DNA of 64,000 nt, the filler included, from Sphacelaria rigidula (taxonomy: Eukaryota): assembly GCA_964200075.2 (NCBI GenBank). It is 4 parts of 4 records of this genome, joined end to end, with 100 filler letters (N's around TTAATTAATTAA, not from the genome) between each part and the next. Parts side by side here need not be neighbours in the genome. Positions count along the whole stretch, not along the records: positions 1 to 16,014 come from CAXNAA020001516.1; positions 16,115 to 32,128 come from CAXNAA020001517.1; 2 more parts are not named here. One strand, written 5' to 3'. The notes beneath the pieces were generated by a model. The model had not been told where the DNA came from, searched no databases, and worked only from the letters and a program-made list of their open reading frames with translations. Both the position numbers and the translations under genes were made by a program. Numbering within the stretch: the stretch's first letter is position 1; each line of letters starts with the position of its first letter. This document shows, one piece after another, positions 11,586 to 21,285 of the stretch.

Positions 11586-13553
11586 TTGCCGACGAAGCAG
11601 TTACAGCTGACTTCACTACAGCTCTGCATTGCTTGTCGCAGCGTGTACACTCTGCGTGTGATATGTAAAGAGTCTATACCGCGCAGACTATGGACGAATA
11701 CGGCCGAGTATTCTCCGACTGTCATAGCTGGAAGTAGGGGCCGCACTGACGGAGGTCGGGTGCCGTCGTTACGAGCACATAGCGTTGTGTGGATGTCGCC
11801 TACTCATGCAGCATTCATGTCGTGGGAGACCAACCTCTTGGCTAACGTGCGAAACGTGTACTTTGACAGCATGTTCAATGATTGTCTGGACAATGTGGTC
11901 TGGCCCCTGCAGATCAGGAAGATTGTGTTTTGGAGGAGTTCCGTCGCGAAGTTCAATCAGTCTTTTTCGGGAGTGATTTGGCCTGTGTCGCTGCGGAATC
12001 CGACGATCGGCAGATGCTACAACCAGCCGATAGAGGGCGTGGCATGGCCTGCGTCGCTGCGGCAGCTAACGTTTGGAGATGACTTCGACCAGCCGATTGA
12101 GGGTGTAGCATGGCCTGCGTCGCTACAGGAGCTAGTGTTTGGAGACCACTTTGATCAGCCAATCGAGGGTGTGGCGTGGCCTGCGTCGCTGCAGCAGTTG
12201 CTATTCGGGTATGGCTTCAACCAGCCGATCGAGGGTGTGTCGTGGCCTGCGTCGCTGCAGAAGCTGACGTTCGAAGGTGACTTTAACCAGCCGATCGAGG
12301 GTGTGACGTGGCCTGCATCGCTGCAGAAGCTGATGTTCGGGTATTACTTCAACCAGCCGATCGAGGGTGTGTCGTGGCCTGCGTCGCTGCAGAAGCTGAC
12401 GTTCGAAGGTGACTTCAACCAGCCGATCGAGGATGTCTCATGGCCTGCGTCGCTGAAGAAGCTGATGTTCGGATATTCCTTCCACCAGCCGATCGAGGGT
12501 GTGACATGGCCTGCGTCGCTGCAGAAGCTGATGTTCGGATATCACTTCAACGAGCCGATCAAGGATGTGTCATGGCCTGCGTCGCTGCAGAAGCTGACGT
12601 TCGGATATTCCTTTAACAAGCTGATCGAGAGTGTGTCATGGCCTGCCTCGCTGCAGAAGCTGACGTTTGGAGATGCCTTCGACGAGCCGATCGAGAGTGT
12701 GACATGGCCTGCGTCGCTGCAGGAGCTGGTGTTTGGAAAATTCTTCAACCAACCAATCGAGGGTGTGGTGTGGCCTGCATCGCTGCAGAAGCTGACGTTC
12801 GGATATTCCTTCAACCAGTCGATCCACAGTGTGGTGTTGTCTGCCTATCTGCAGGACCTGATGCACGAAGGTATAATCAACCCGTTGAATCGTGGTTTGG
12901 TGTTGTCTACCAGCCTGCAGGAGCTGACGTGCACAGGTATCATCAACCGGTCGAATCGGGGTGTGGTGTGGCCGGCCTTGCTGCAGACGCTGAGTTTCGG
13001 AGGTGACGTCAACCAGCCGCTCGGGGGGGTGTCATGGCCTGGGTCACTGCAGGAGCTGACCTTCGGAGAAGCCTTTGACCAGCCGATCGAGGATGTGTCA
13101 TGGCCTGCGTCGCTGCAGAAGCTGACGTTCGGAGAAGCTTTTGACCAGCCGATCGAGGGTGTGTCATGGCCTGCGTCGCTGCAGAAGCTGACGTTCGGAT
13201 CTTGGTTCAACCAGCCGATCGAGGATGTGTCGTGGCCTGCGCCGCTGCAGGAGCTGACGTTCGGAGAAGCCTTTAACCAGCCGATCGAGAGTGTGTCATG
13301 GCCTGCGTCGCTGCAGGAGCTGACTTTCGGACATTCCTTTAACCAGTTGATCGAGAGTGTGTCATGGCCTGCGTCGCTGCAGAATCTGATGTTCGGAGAA
13401 GCTTTTGACCAGCCGATCGACGGTATGTCATGGCCTGCGTTGCTGCAGGAACTGACGTTCGGATATTCCTTCAACCAGCCGATCAAGGGTATGGCATGGC
13501 CAGCGTCGCTGCGGGAGCTGCGTTTGGGACGTTTCTCCAGAAATCTGATTTAG
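11586..13553 (+). CDS. FNIP-repeat (22-aa LRR-like) protein, ~25 repeats, intronless
   Basis: 655-aa ORF with 66-bp units, consensus FNQPIEGVSWPASLQKLTFGxx, which fits the FNIP/IP22 repeat. The true start is uncertain: the ORF opens at TTG and the first ATG is at ~11793. Confidence 0.9.
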   Translation: MPTKQLQLTSLQLCIACRSVYTLRVICKESIPRRLWTNTAEYSPTVIAGSRGRTDGGRVPSLRAHSVVWMSPTHAAFMSWETNLLANVRNVYFDSMFNDCLDNVVWPLQIRKIVFWRSSVAKFNQSFSGVIWPVSLRNPTIGRCYNQPIEGVAWPASLRQLTFGDDFDQPIEGVAWPASLQELVFGDHFDQPIEGVAWPASLQQLLFGYGFNQPIEGVSWPASLQKLTFEGDFNQPIEGVTWPASLQKLMFGYYFNQPIEGVSWPASLQKLTFEGDFNQPIEDVSWPASLKKLMFGYSFHQPIEGVTWPASLQKLMFGYHFNEPIKDVSWPASLQKLTFGYSFNKLIESVSWPASLQKLTFGDAFDEPIESVTWPASLQELVFGKFFNQPIEGVVWPASLQKLTFGYSFNQSIHSVVLSAYLQDLMHEGIINPLNRGLVLSTSLQELTCTGIINRSNRGVVWPALLQTLSFGGDVNQPLGGVSWPGSLQELTFGEAFDQPIEDVSWPASLQKLTFGEAFDQPIEGVSWPASLQKLTFGSWFNQPIEDVSWPAPLQELTFGEAFNQPIESVSWPASLQELTFGHSFNQLIESVSWPASLQNLMFGEAFDQPIDGMSWPALLQELTFGYSFNQPIKGMAWPASLRELRLGRFSRNLI

Positions 13554-13792
13554 GGTATTCCCCAGCTGAAATATGAGGGATGTTGATGATTTCAATAGTC
13601 ATCAGCGTTGTAGCATCGCCCACCGGTCACTTGCTGTGCATGTGATGGGGTTGAGGGGGTGGTGAGCAGATGTTTTCTTCGCTTGGTCGGACCGCGGGTG
13701 CGATCAATTTCAAATCCATCTAGACAATGCCGCCTACATATATTTTGTGTGAATAAAGTTTCTTCGGCAAATAACACGGCATTTTTCAAATC

Positions 13793-14043
13793 GGGGATGA
13801 ATTTTTTTATTGGGGATGAGAACCCGAAGAATTAAAATAGTCGTATCCACACCGAATCGGACCCCAAAATTGTTTTTTCACCTAAAACCCCGACTTTTCG
13901 CTTCTCGGAATCCAACTTGGTATGGCGTATAGCGTCAAGAGTTACCAGCAAGTGAAGAAATGAAACCATAATTCGAAGATTCGGTATGGATACGAAGATT
14001 TTAATTCTCCGGGTTCTCATTCCCAATAAAAAAATCCATCCCC
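13793..14043. mobile_element. MITE-like element with ~66-bp inverted repeats
   Basis: Left arm ggggatgaatttttttattggggatgagaacccgaagaattaaaatagtcgtatccacaccgaatc versus the reverse complement of the right arm ggggatggatttttttattgggaatgagaacccggagaattaaaatcttcgtatccataccgaatc. Confidence 0.8.
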
Positions 14044-14415
14044 AATAAATAAAATCCCCTGCTAACCCTTAGACCGCGACCCCCCCGGTAAAAGACTGAG
14101 TGAGACTATCCATGTTCTAGGCTCAGAATCATTCCCTTGTCCCAAACCTACGCTACGGCGGGAGGGACCGGGGGTGCAAATGTGGCACATAGCTGTGAGA
14201 GTCATAGCACAGGCGCCTGCAAACAGTGCAGTAGTGGTCTGGAATCTGAAGTGCTGCTATTATTACATTACGCCGCATAATTGGGCATAGCAGCAGTCTG
14301 TAGTGTTTTGTGCCGCAGCTCCACGTACTGTCTACAGCGTACTAAATCTTACAGTTTTGCACGTGTTGAGAGTACGCAGCGTGCGTGTGTGGTTTCGCAC
14401 CATGAACACGCTTGC

Positions 14416-14595
14416 AGCACGTGCCGCGCTCATCGGCGCAGTTTCACGTGGGCTATTGTTACTGAGAACTCTCACAGAGCAACACGATCCGCTGGCATTG
14501 AGCCCAGCACGTGTCGCGTTCATGGGCGCAGTGTCAATTGGGTGGTTGGTGACGATAATTTTCACTGGGCAACACGATCCGTTGCCATTGAGTCG
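14416..14595. repeat. two ~90-bp tandem units
   Basis: cagcacgtg(c/t)cgcg(c/t)tcat(c/g)ggcgcagt...gcaacacgatccg(c/t)tg(g/c)cattgag occurs twice in tandem. Confidence 0.7.
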
Positions 14596-16014
14596 CGGGC
14601 AGTACATTGTTCTACCCTCTCCCGCAGGCGCCTAGATATTCAGCACGATTAAAACCTCATTCGCCGAACGTCGTGCGTGGCGTCAACTATTTGAAGAGAG
14701 CTACCAGGAATGTGTAAACCCTCGTTCCAGCAGGGTTCCAGAGGTATTTTAAGCCCGAGGTTCCTGGTATATTTGACCGTAAATTACTATGAAATATATC
14801 AGGAACCTCGACTTTCATACACCTCTCCTAACTCCGAATCATTTCGACATCCATTCATTTCCCGGCAGGAATTCTCCACCCCGACGTTCATAACCTCCGA
14901 CTAGAGGGGGAATTAAGAAATAGCGGATTGTGCGAAATCAAAATGTCGCCATCTCGCGACCGGAGCGTGCATTAGAAGTTAGTTTATAATTACTGTGATT
15001 GTTATACAGGTTCCCACGACCCATCCTCAACAATACCTGCTCGCGCAAATTATCTAACCTCCTGTTCTATGTTCCCGATACTGTTGAAATAGCACGGGGT
15101 GGTCTCCGCGACGCTGATTTGCTCGAATCTGCTTATCGCCATGAACGCTTGATTCCGAGAAAATATGCACTTAAATTTCTGCGGGCAAGATGGCTGACAC
15201 CATCACCATCATTTTTCGTTGGATTAGAGACCTTGATCACAGCGGGCGAATTATGCTGTAGGATGAAAGCAAGTCTCCCAATTACGGCGAAGGACCCCCT
15301 CGCCGGGGGAGGGGGGGTGCGTCCTCATTTTTTGCTTGCCTTAGTCGTCCGGGAGGGGCGGGGCATTTTTCATGAGGGGTACCTCCCACGGCTGTGGTAA
15401 TTTGGCGCCGGATTGCACCGACACGAGAATAATGCACAGCCGACAACAAGCTGGCACACTAAGCCCCATCGATGCATACCCGAAAATGATCCTCATCGTC
15501 CATTTCAAGGAGTCGCCCACCGGGCACACGGCATCGGGTTGTCGCCAGTAGATGAGTGAAGAACTTCGAAGGCGAGCCGGACGCTCGCCAACCACTGGAG
15601 CCCCCGTCACTTTAGAGGTCACATATGCCGATCCAAGAAAACATCTGAACACGCGCCAGGACCACTCGCACGTCGGCGGAGTAACCGCCGGGTGGAGAGA
15701 CCGTGACCCTGCGTGCATGCCGCAGCAAAGCACGGTACGGGAGCACTCGGGTGCCAAAAGTGCACAAATGAAGAAGGTCGGACCGTGGAACGATTGCTAC
15801 TGGAATATTCGCACAGGTTGTCCAAGGATCAAGCAAAGGCAACGAAAAACCGTCGTCGTGGAACAAACGGTCTCTGCGCTGTCGCTTCGGCGCGTATCAT
15901 CGTGCACCGAAACCCAAGTCCTACGAAAAAATTAAAACACAGCAAACAGTGTTTTCGTGCGATTGAGAGTAGTAGATGATACGATTGAGAGTGGCTTTGA
16001 TCATTCGCTTTAAG

Positions 16015-16114
16015 NNNNNNNNNNNNNNNNNNNNNNNNNNNNNNNNNNNNNNNNNNNNTTAATTAATTAANNNNNNNNNNNNNNNNNNNNNNNNNNNNNN
16101 NNNNNNNNNNNNNN
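16015..16114. other. assembly linker (N44-TTAATTAATTAA-N44)
   Basis: 100-bp spacer whose core has stop codons in all six frames. Identical linkers occur at 32129 and 48242. Confidence 0.98.
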
Positions 16115-16746
16115 ACCATACTAAAACGCCCTCAATCAGTGAAAAATAGGAATAAAAATCAACGTCACCTGTTTTTCTTGGTTCATCATGATCTAGCGAG
16201 GTCCCGCACAGAGTTTCAACCCACGAACACCAAAGGTGGGCCGATAAACGGCCTGCAAAATACTGTTCCGAATTTCCGCTGGCCCGGTTTTGCGAAGGTA
16301 AATTCGCATTTTTTTTCTTGCAGATGGACAGTGAAATTTGGTATGGTCAATCAATAGGACATGAAGAAAAGCTGTCTGCGAGGTCCCGAAGTTTTTTTTC
16401 TTCATGAGTTAAGGGCAATAATCAGTTTTGAGGTTTTAGTAAAATGCACTTAACTCATGAAGAAAAAAAACTTCGGGACCTCGCAGACAGCTTTTCTTCA
16501 TGTCCTATTGATTGACCATACCAAATTTCACTGTCCATCTCCAAGAAAAAAATGCGAATTTACCTTCGCAAAACCAGGCCGGCGGAAATTCGGAACAGTA
16601 TTTTGCAGGCCGTTTATCGGCCCACCTTTGGTGTTCGTGGGTTGAAACTCTGTGCGGGACCTCGCTAGATCATGATGAACCAAGAAAAACAGGTGACGTT
16701 GATTTTTATTCCTATTTTTCACTGATTGAGGGCGTTTTAGTATGGT
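16115..16746. repeat. long near-perfect inverted repeat (~300-bp arms, ~35-bp spacer), plus a more diverged third copy at ~16935-17080
   Basis: 16115-16413 is the reverse complement of ~16449-16746 with only a few substitutions. The ORF track shows the same peptides on opposite strands (16139+/16722-, 16405-/16457+). Confidence 0.92.
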
Positions 16747-17227
16747 AACGACAGTTTTTTACGAGAACGCCCGAACCTCTCTTGAAGACAAAAAAAAAAT
16801 GAAGGCCTATTTTTGTTTTACTCAGCATACCTCTGTCGTTCTCCGTGCCAAGTTTCAAATCACAATTCTAAAAGTTGAGCTGAAAAATTGAGATGAGGCC
16901 CAAGAGTAATGTTTGTTTCTCGTCAAAACTCCTGTCTCCTCAAAACTGATTATTGCCCTTGACTCATGAAAAAAAACAAAAACTTCGGGACTTCACAGAC
17001 AGCTTTTCTTCATGCCCCGTTGATTGCCCATACCAAATTTCACTTTCCAACTCCAAGAAAAAAATTGCGAATTCGCCTACAAAGTACATATCCGCTTTTA
17101 GGCCTGTAGCCCAAATTTATCAGAAAACCAGTACTTTCTGATAGCTTTGGGCTATCGAAAAATGTTATTGAAAACGCGTTTCAAATCCCGCCGCACGCCA
17201 ACACACCCTCCAGCCTACGACAGCAGC

Positions 17228-17822
17228 CATGATGGCTTGGCTGCAAGTACCACTGCTGTCGCTGGTGCTCGCGGGCAGTCAGCGTGATGCTTTATTGTCC
17301 TTCGCTCGCCAGTATCGTGGTGACCCTTTACCCCATGAAAACAGCACAGGGCAGGGTCGATGACGAGTGCTGTACAACCACTCTGTATGTAGTTTGCACA
17401 GACAGTTTTGTAGCTCGCAGTTCAGGTTGTGCATGCAGCGTGTTGCGAACAGCACTCGCAATGTAGTACAGACTGCCCACGCACCCAAGACTTACAGAGG
17501 CGGGACCGTACTGACTCTACACACAAGACCAGTTTGAGCAGTGCTACTGCTGTAGTATCTACAGGGCTTGGATGCGTGGGCAAGTCTGGACTGTATTCGA
17601 GTGCTGTTTGCAACACGCTGCATGCGCAGACCTGAAGTGAGCTACAGTGCTGTGCAAATTACATACAGAGCGTCTGTACAGCACTCGTCATCGAACCTGC
17701 CCTGTTCTGTTCTCATGGGGGTAAGGGTCATCACGCTACTGGCGAGCGAAGGGCAATGAAGCAACACCCTGACTGCCCGCAAGCACCAGCGACAGCAGTG
17801 ATGGTGGCAGCCAAGCCATCAC
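17228..17822. repeat. diverged inverted repeat (~270-bp arms, ~60-bp loop)
   Basis: gatggcttggctgc...cactgctgtcgctggtgctcgcgggcagtcag pairs with ctgactgcccgcaagcaccagcgacagcagtg...gcagccaagccatc, and gcatgcagcgtgttgcgaacagcactcg pairs with cgagtgctgtttgcaacacgctgcatgc. Confidence 0.85.
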
Positions 17823-18241
17823 TACAGCCAATGCATACAATGCAGTACTGTTGTGTGTACTGCCCTTTCAGTCAAGTACTACCGTGGAGTGAAAAGGCAC
17901 AACCGTCACTTCTACAGTCAGTTCGTACAGCAAGGCGGTGTTCGTATTGATCGTCTTGCGTCACACAACCCCCCATGTATTGCTCAGGCAGTGTATCACA
18001 GTAGTACAGAGAGTTAGTACCGACCGTACACCATGACGCGACAGCAGAGTGCTGTGTCTCTCTCGCGCGCCCCAGAATTTGAAATTACGCCTGCACACCT
18101 CACAGAAGACGATGAACACTGCGTCTCCAATTTTCATAGTGCGTCGATCACGTACGAAGGGCTACTTTGGAAAATTATGTGGAACATCGCGCTGTTGAAA
18201 ACGGCTTTTCTGACAACGTGTTTTTTTCTACATAGGAAGTA

Positions 18242-19078
18242 GCCTAAGGGCGTGTCTTCGCACTTTTTTCTCGATCGAAAAAATGGGGCGGTGGAATCGA
18301 TTTGAGCGATTTTTTCTCCTTTTGATGCAGTTGGGTCCAGATGGATTTTCAAGTTTTCGATCGAAAAAATACAGAGGAATTCGTGAAACGGTACATCGCC
18401 ACTCGTGTAAAGTACAGACAATCTGTACTGTCTGCACTGCTTGCAAGCAGTGTCTTGAGTGCGTGTGTGCGTGTTTCGTACAGGAGGATTTTAAAGAGAA
18501 GCGAGGAACGCGCAGTGCAGACAGCCCAGGATTGTATCAGTTTTCGCTGCTTCAATGCGACGTGCAGACGACTTCAGCAACGTGCAGCGTTGTACTGCAT
18601 GCACTGTCCATGAGCGTGCACGCAACTCGGTTGCCCACCGTACCGCGCAGTTCTGTTGCTGATCCCAACCATGAGAGATGCGCAAGTTTTCGCCAACAAA
18701 AAATAAACAAAGCACACCCGACTACTGCAGTTTATCTATCCCTAGGCTCAACTCGTGCTCTAGGCTTCAGGGTTGCGGTGGTAACCGAGAATGAGTTGGA
18801 TGGAGTTTGCATGGTTCTGTGAACAGGTGTCATCTGGCGTGGTGGTCTGTAAGATAGGAGCCAAGTGCCGCTTCGTGCCTTCCGACCGCATGTTTTCGAT
18901 CAAAAACGTTTGTTTTTTAACTCGATGTATTCTTCTCCGCGATCCGCTAATTATAATTTTGAATTGAAGCCTTCTGGGAACAAAAATACGGTGGACCTAC
19001 GGTATCAGATCGGCGAAAAATGATTCGACCGCACTTTTTCGATCGAAAAAAGAAGGTGCCAAGACACGCTCTAAGGCA
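18242..19078. mobile_element. non-autonomous DNA-transposon-like segment bounded by ~60-bp imperfect inverted repeats
   Basis: gcctaagggcgtgtcttcgcac...tcgatcgaaaaa...gcggtggaatcgattt versus aaatgattcgaccgcactttttcgatcgaaaaa...gtgccaagacacgctctaaggc. No TSD identified. Confidence 0.55.
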
Positions 19079-19912
19079 CGCCCTAAGGGAGAAAAAGAAG
19101 TCGATCGGATAAAATTCTCGTTTCAATCTTCAACACTGATACATATGCCATATGACACAGCTTTTCGTGCATAAAGGACACCCAGCAGCAAATTGTCGTC
19201 ACATCATGGTTTGAATACTAGCAGTGAGGAGTGTACGGATATTTCAGCCCACACAGCATAGCGATGGTGTATCAACAAAAAACTGCACCGCTTCCTTAAA
19301 CAATGGCAGAGGACTTCTGCCCATCTACTGACCGGGCCATTCTTTTTTTGCATCACTGCTACTAACCGTCGATGTCCGTTTACTGCAGCATCCATTTGCG
19401 CGTCCAAAACCATCCTCCAACATGTCACGGGACCGTCCTTTGTCAGCGAACGAAATCTCGGAACAGAAAGCATGGGCGTTGGATTGAGGGGGTAATTTGC
19501 TGGCTCAAGCCTTTGGATGACCGTTTTCCGTGCCTCCAGCTCAAGTGACAGGACGGCGCAGTATGCTCAACGAGAACAACCACCAACCACAGCACTACAC
19601 TGTTCCTGTGTTCAGATGTATCGGTTGCGGCTCGACTGCAAGACGTGTTGGTTCCAAGTGTGACGGTTTCATGCGGCGGAATTGTTGGTCCATGACAATT
19701 GAGTACAGGTCATGCGATGCGTTGTTTTTCCATGGAGGAGGTCGCCAACCTCCTCACTCTGCTTGTCTGCCCAAGACTTCACAGCCACAGGCTCTACTGG
19801 TCGATACAATTCCTGTCCAACCGTCACCGGGTGTCTGATTCATCCAACATACTAGTATGCTGGATGACGAGCTGTAGGATCGGGTCTTTGTCACAATAGC
19901 CTGACGAGAGAG

Positions 19913-20723
19913 GTGGACCAGGGCATCCTGTACCGAGAGGTTTTCCCGAGTGCTGCCTGGCGTGCGCTTCTCCAAATGCATAGTCCGAAAAACCAAGGTG
20001 CTAGGCTGGCTTTGCTAAACAAACTCGACAATGTAGTGATAGATTCTGACAAAGACCCGATCCTACAGCTCGTAGACCTCGAGAGTACTGCCCGAATGCT
20101 AAGGAAGTACGAAGAATTCAGACACCTGAATGATGCCCTGATACTTTCTAAGATCATCAACGGTCTCCCACCGGAATACGAAATCCAGAGAAGGATGTTG
20201 GAGGGGATGCGGGGAGATTTATCACGGGAGGTTGTGGTAGCAACAGTACGTGGTAGATCCGAGTCCAGCGCATACCAACAACTGATAGGAAAACAAGGTG
20301 CGGCACTCATGTCCAGAGGCCAGAGGTATGAGCAAAAGGTAACACACCGTGGTGATGGGAAGTCACGGGGGAAGAAGGGGTGACACGCGGGGGGAGGGAG
20401 AGAAAGGTGATGGTGCGGTGGAGGCGGCATTACAAAACCCCAACGCAATTAGTCCACCGCTGTTGCGCTGTCATGTATGCAAGGAGACTGTAGCGCATAG
20501 GGCGAGAAATTGCCCGAAACGTGTATGCTTCAGGTGCGGAGAGATGGGGCATTTCCTGGTGGAGGGTCCGAAATCTAAAGAAAAGGTCGAGGACGTGGCC
20601 CTGGCTGTGTGGGGCACAGACGAGGAAAGTCCGGTGTGTTCGGACGCGGAAAGAAAGATGTTCTTAAACTCGATTTATGCTATGCGTAAAGGTTTATATT
20701 TCCTCGAACATTATTTTTTGTGA
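19913..20723 (+). pseudogene. copia gag fragment with two zinc-knuckle remnants (frameshifted)
   Basis: LILSKIINGLPPEYE (copia gag UBN2-like) in 19913-20383; CHVCKETVAHRARNC and CFRCGEMGHF in the next frame (20349-20723). Confidence 0.8.
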
Positions 20724-21037
20724 GATTTCGGCTTGCAGGGAGATTTTTGATTTCTTGTGAGGGAGCACGCGGGTACAGTACGAGAGAAGTTATTGATTGT
20801 CAAGGTAGATACGAATCATACAGTTTCGTGAGGCTGACCGTTGGGATGCAAAAACGCTCGTGGACCCTGAAATTGAGGACGGTGTAAAATTGTTGAATGT
20901 GAAGCAAAATCCGGTAGTGTGACGAAATATAGTCGACAAAAACGTCTGGTGAACACAGTGTTTGGTAGCTGTTGACGATGGAGGTGGACGCGTAAAATAA
21001 TAATGCCTGGGTTGACCGCTGATAACGTACGTAGTAC

Positions 21038-21285
21038 AAAAATAATTGACTGTTAGACGAACGAACTTGCTCAGAAATGGTGACTGACTTGGAGAAACGT
21101 AGGAGCCCAGCAAAATAATTGACTGTTGGACGAACGAACTCGCTCAGAAATAGTGCTTGACTTGGACGGACGTGGAAGTACAGCAATTGACTGTTGGACG
21201 AACGAACTTGCTCAGAAATGGAGATTGACTTGGACGAACGTAGGAGCACAGCAAAAGTTTTGACTATACGGAACGAACGAGGAAG
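21038..21285. repeat. ~70-bp tandem repeat (3+ copies) inside the Copia element
   Basis: aattgactgtt(a/g)gacgaacgaact(t/c)gctcagaaat...tgacttgga...acgt...cagc repeated. Confidence 0.85.

Noticed and set aside
12542-13486. Antisense and alternative-frame ORFs over the FNIP array
   Set aside because: They are shadows of the 66-bp coding repeat.
15713-15850. LINE C-terminal zinc-knuckle-like GCQKCTNEEGRTVERLLLEY
   Set aside because: The His and final Cys are missing and there is no adjacent RT signal.
16015-16114. TTAATTAATTAA between N runs as a biological motif
   Set aside because: It is an identical artificial linker at three places.
21038-21285. CRISPR-like array
   Set aside because: These are whole-unit tandem repeats without unique spacers, inside a Copia element, with no cas genes.
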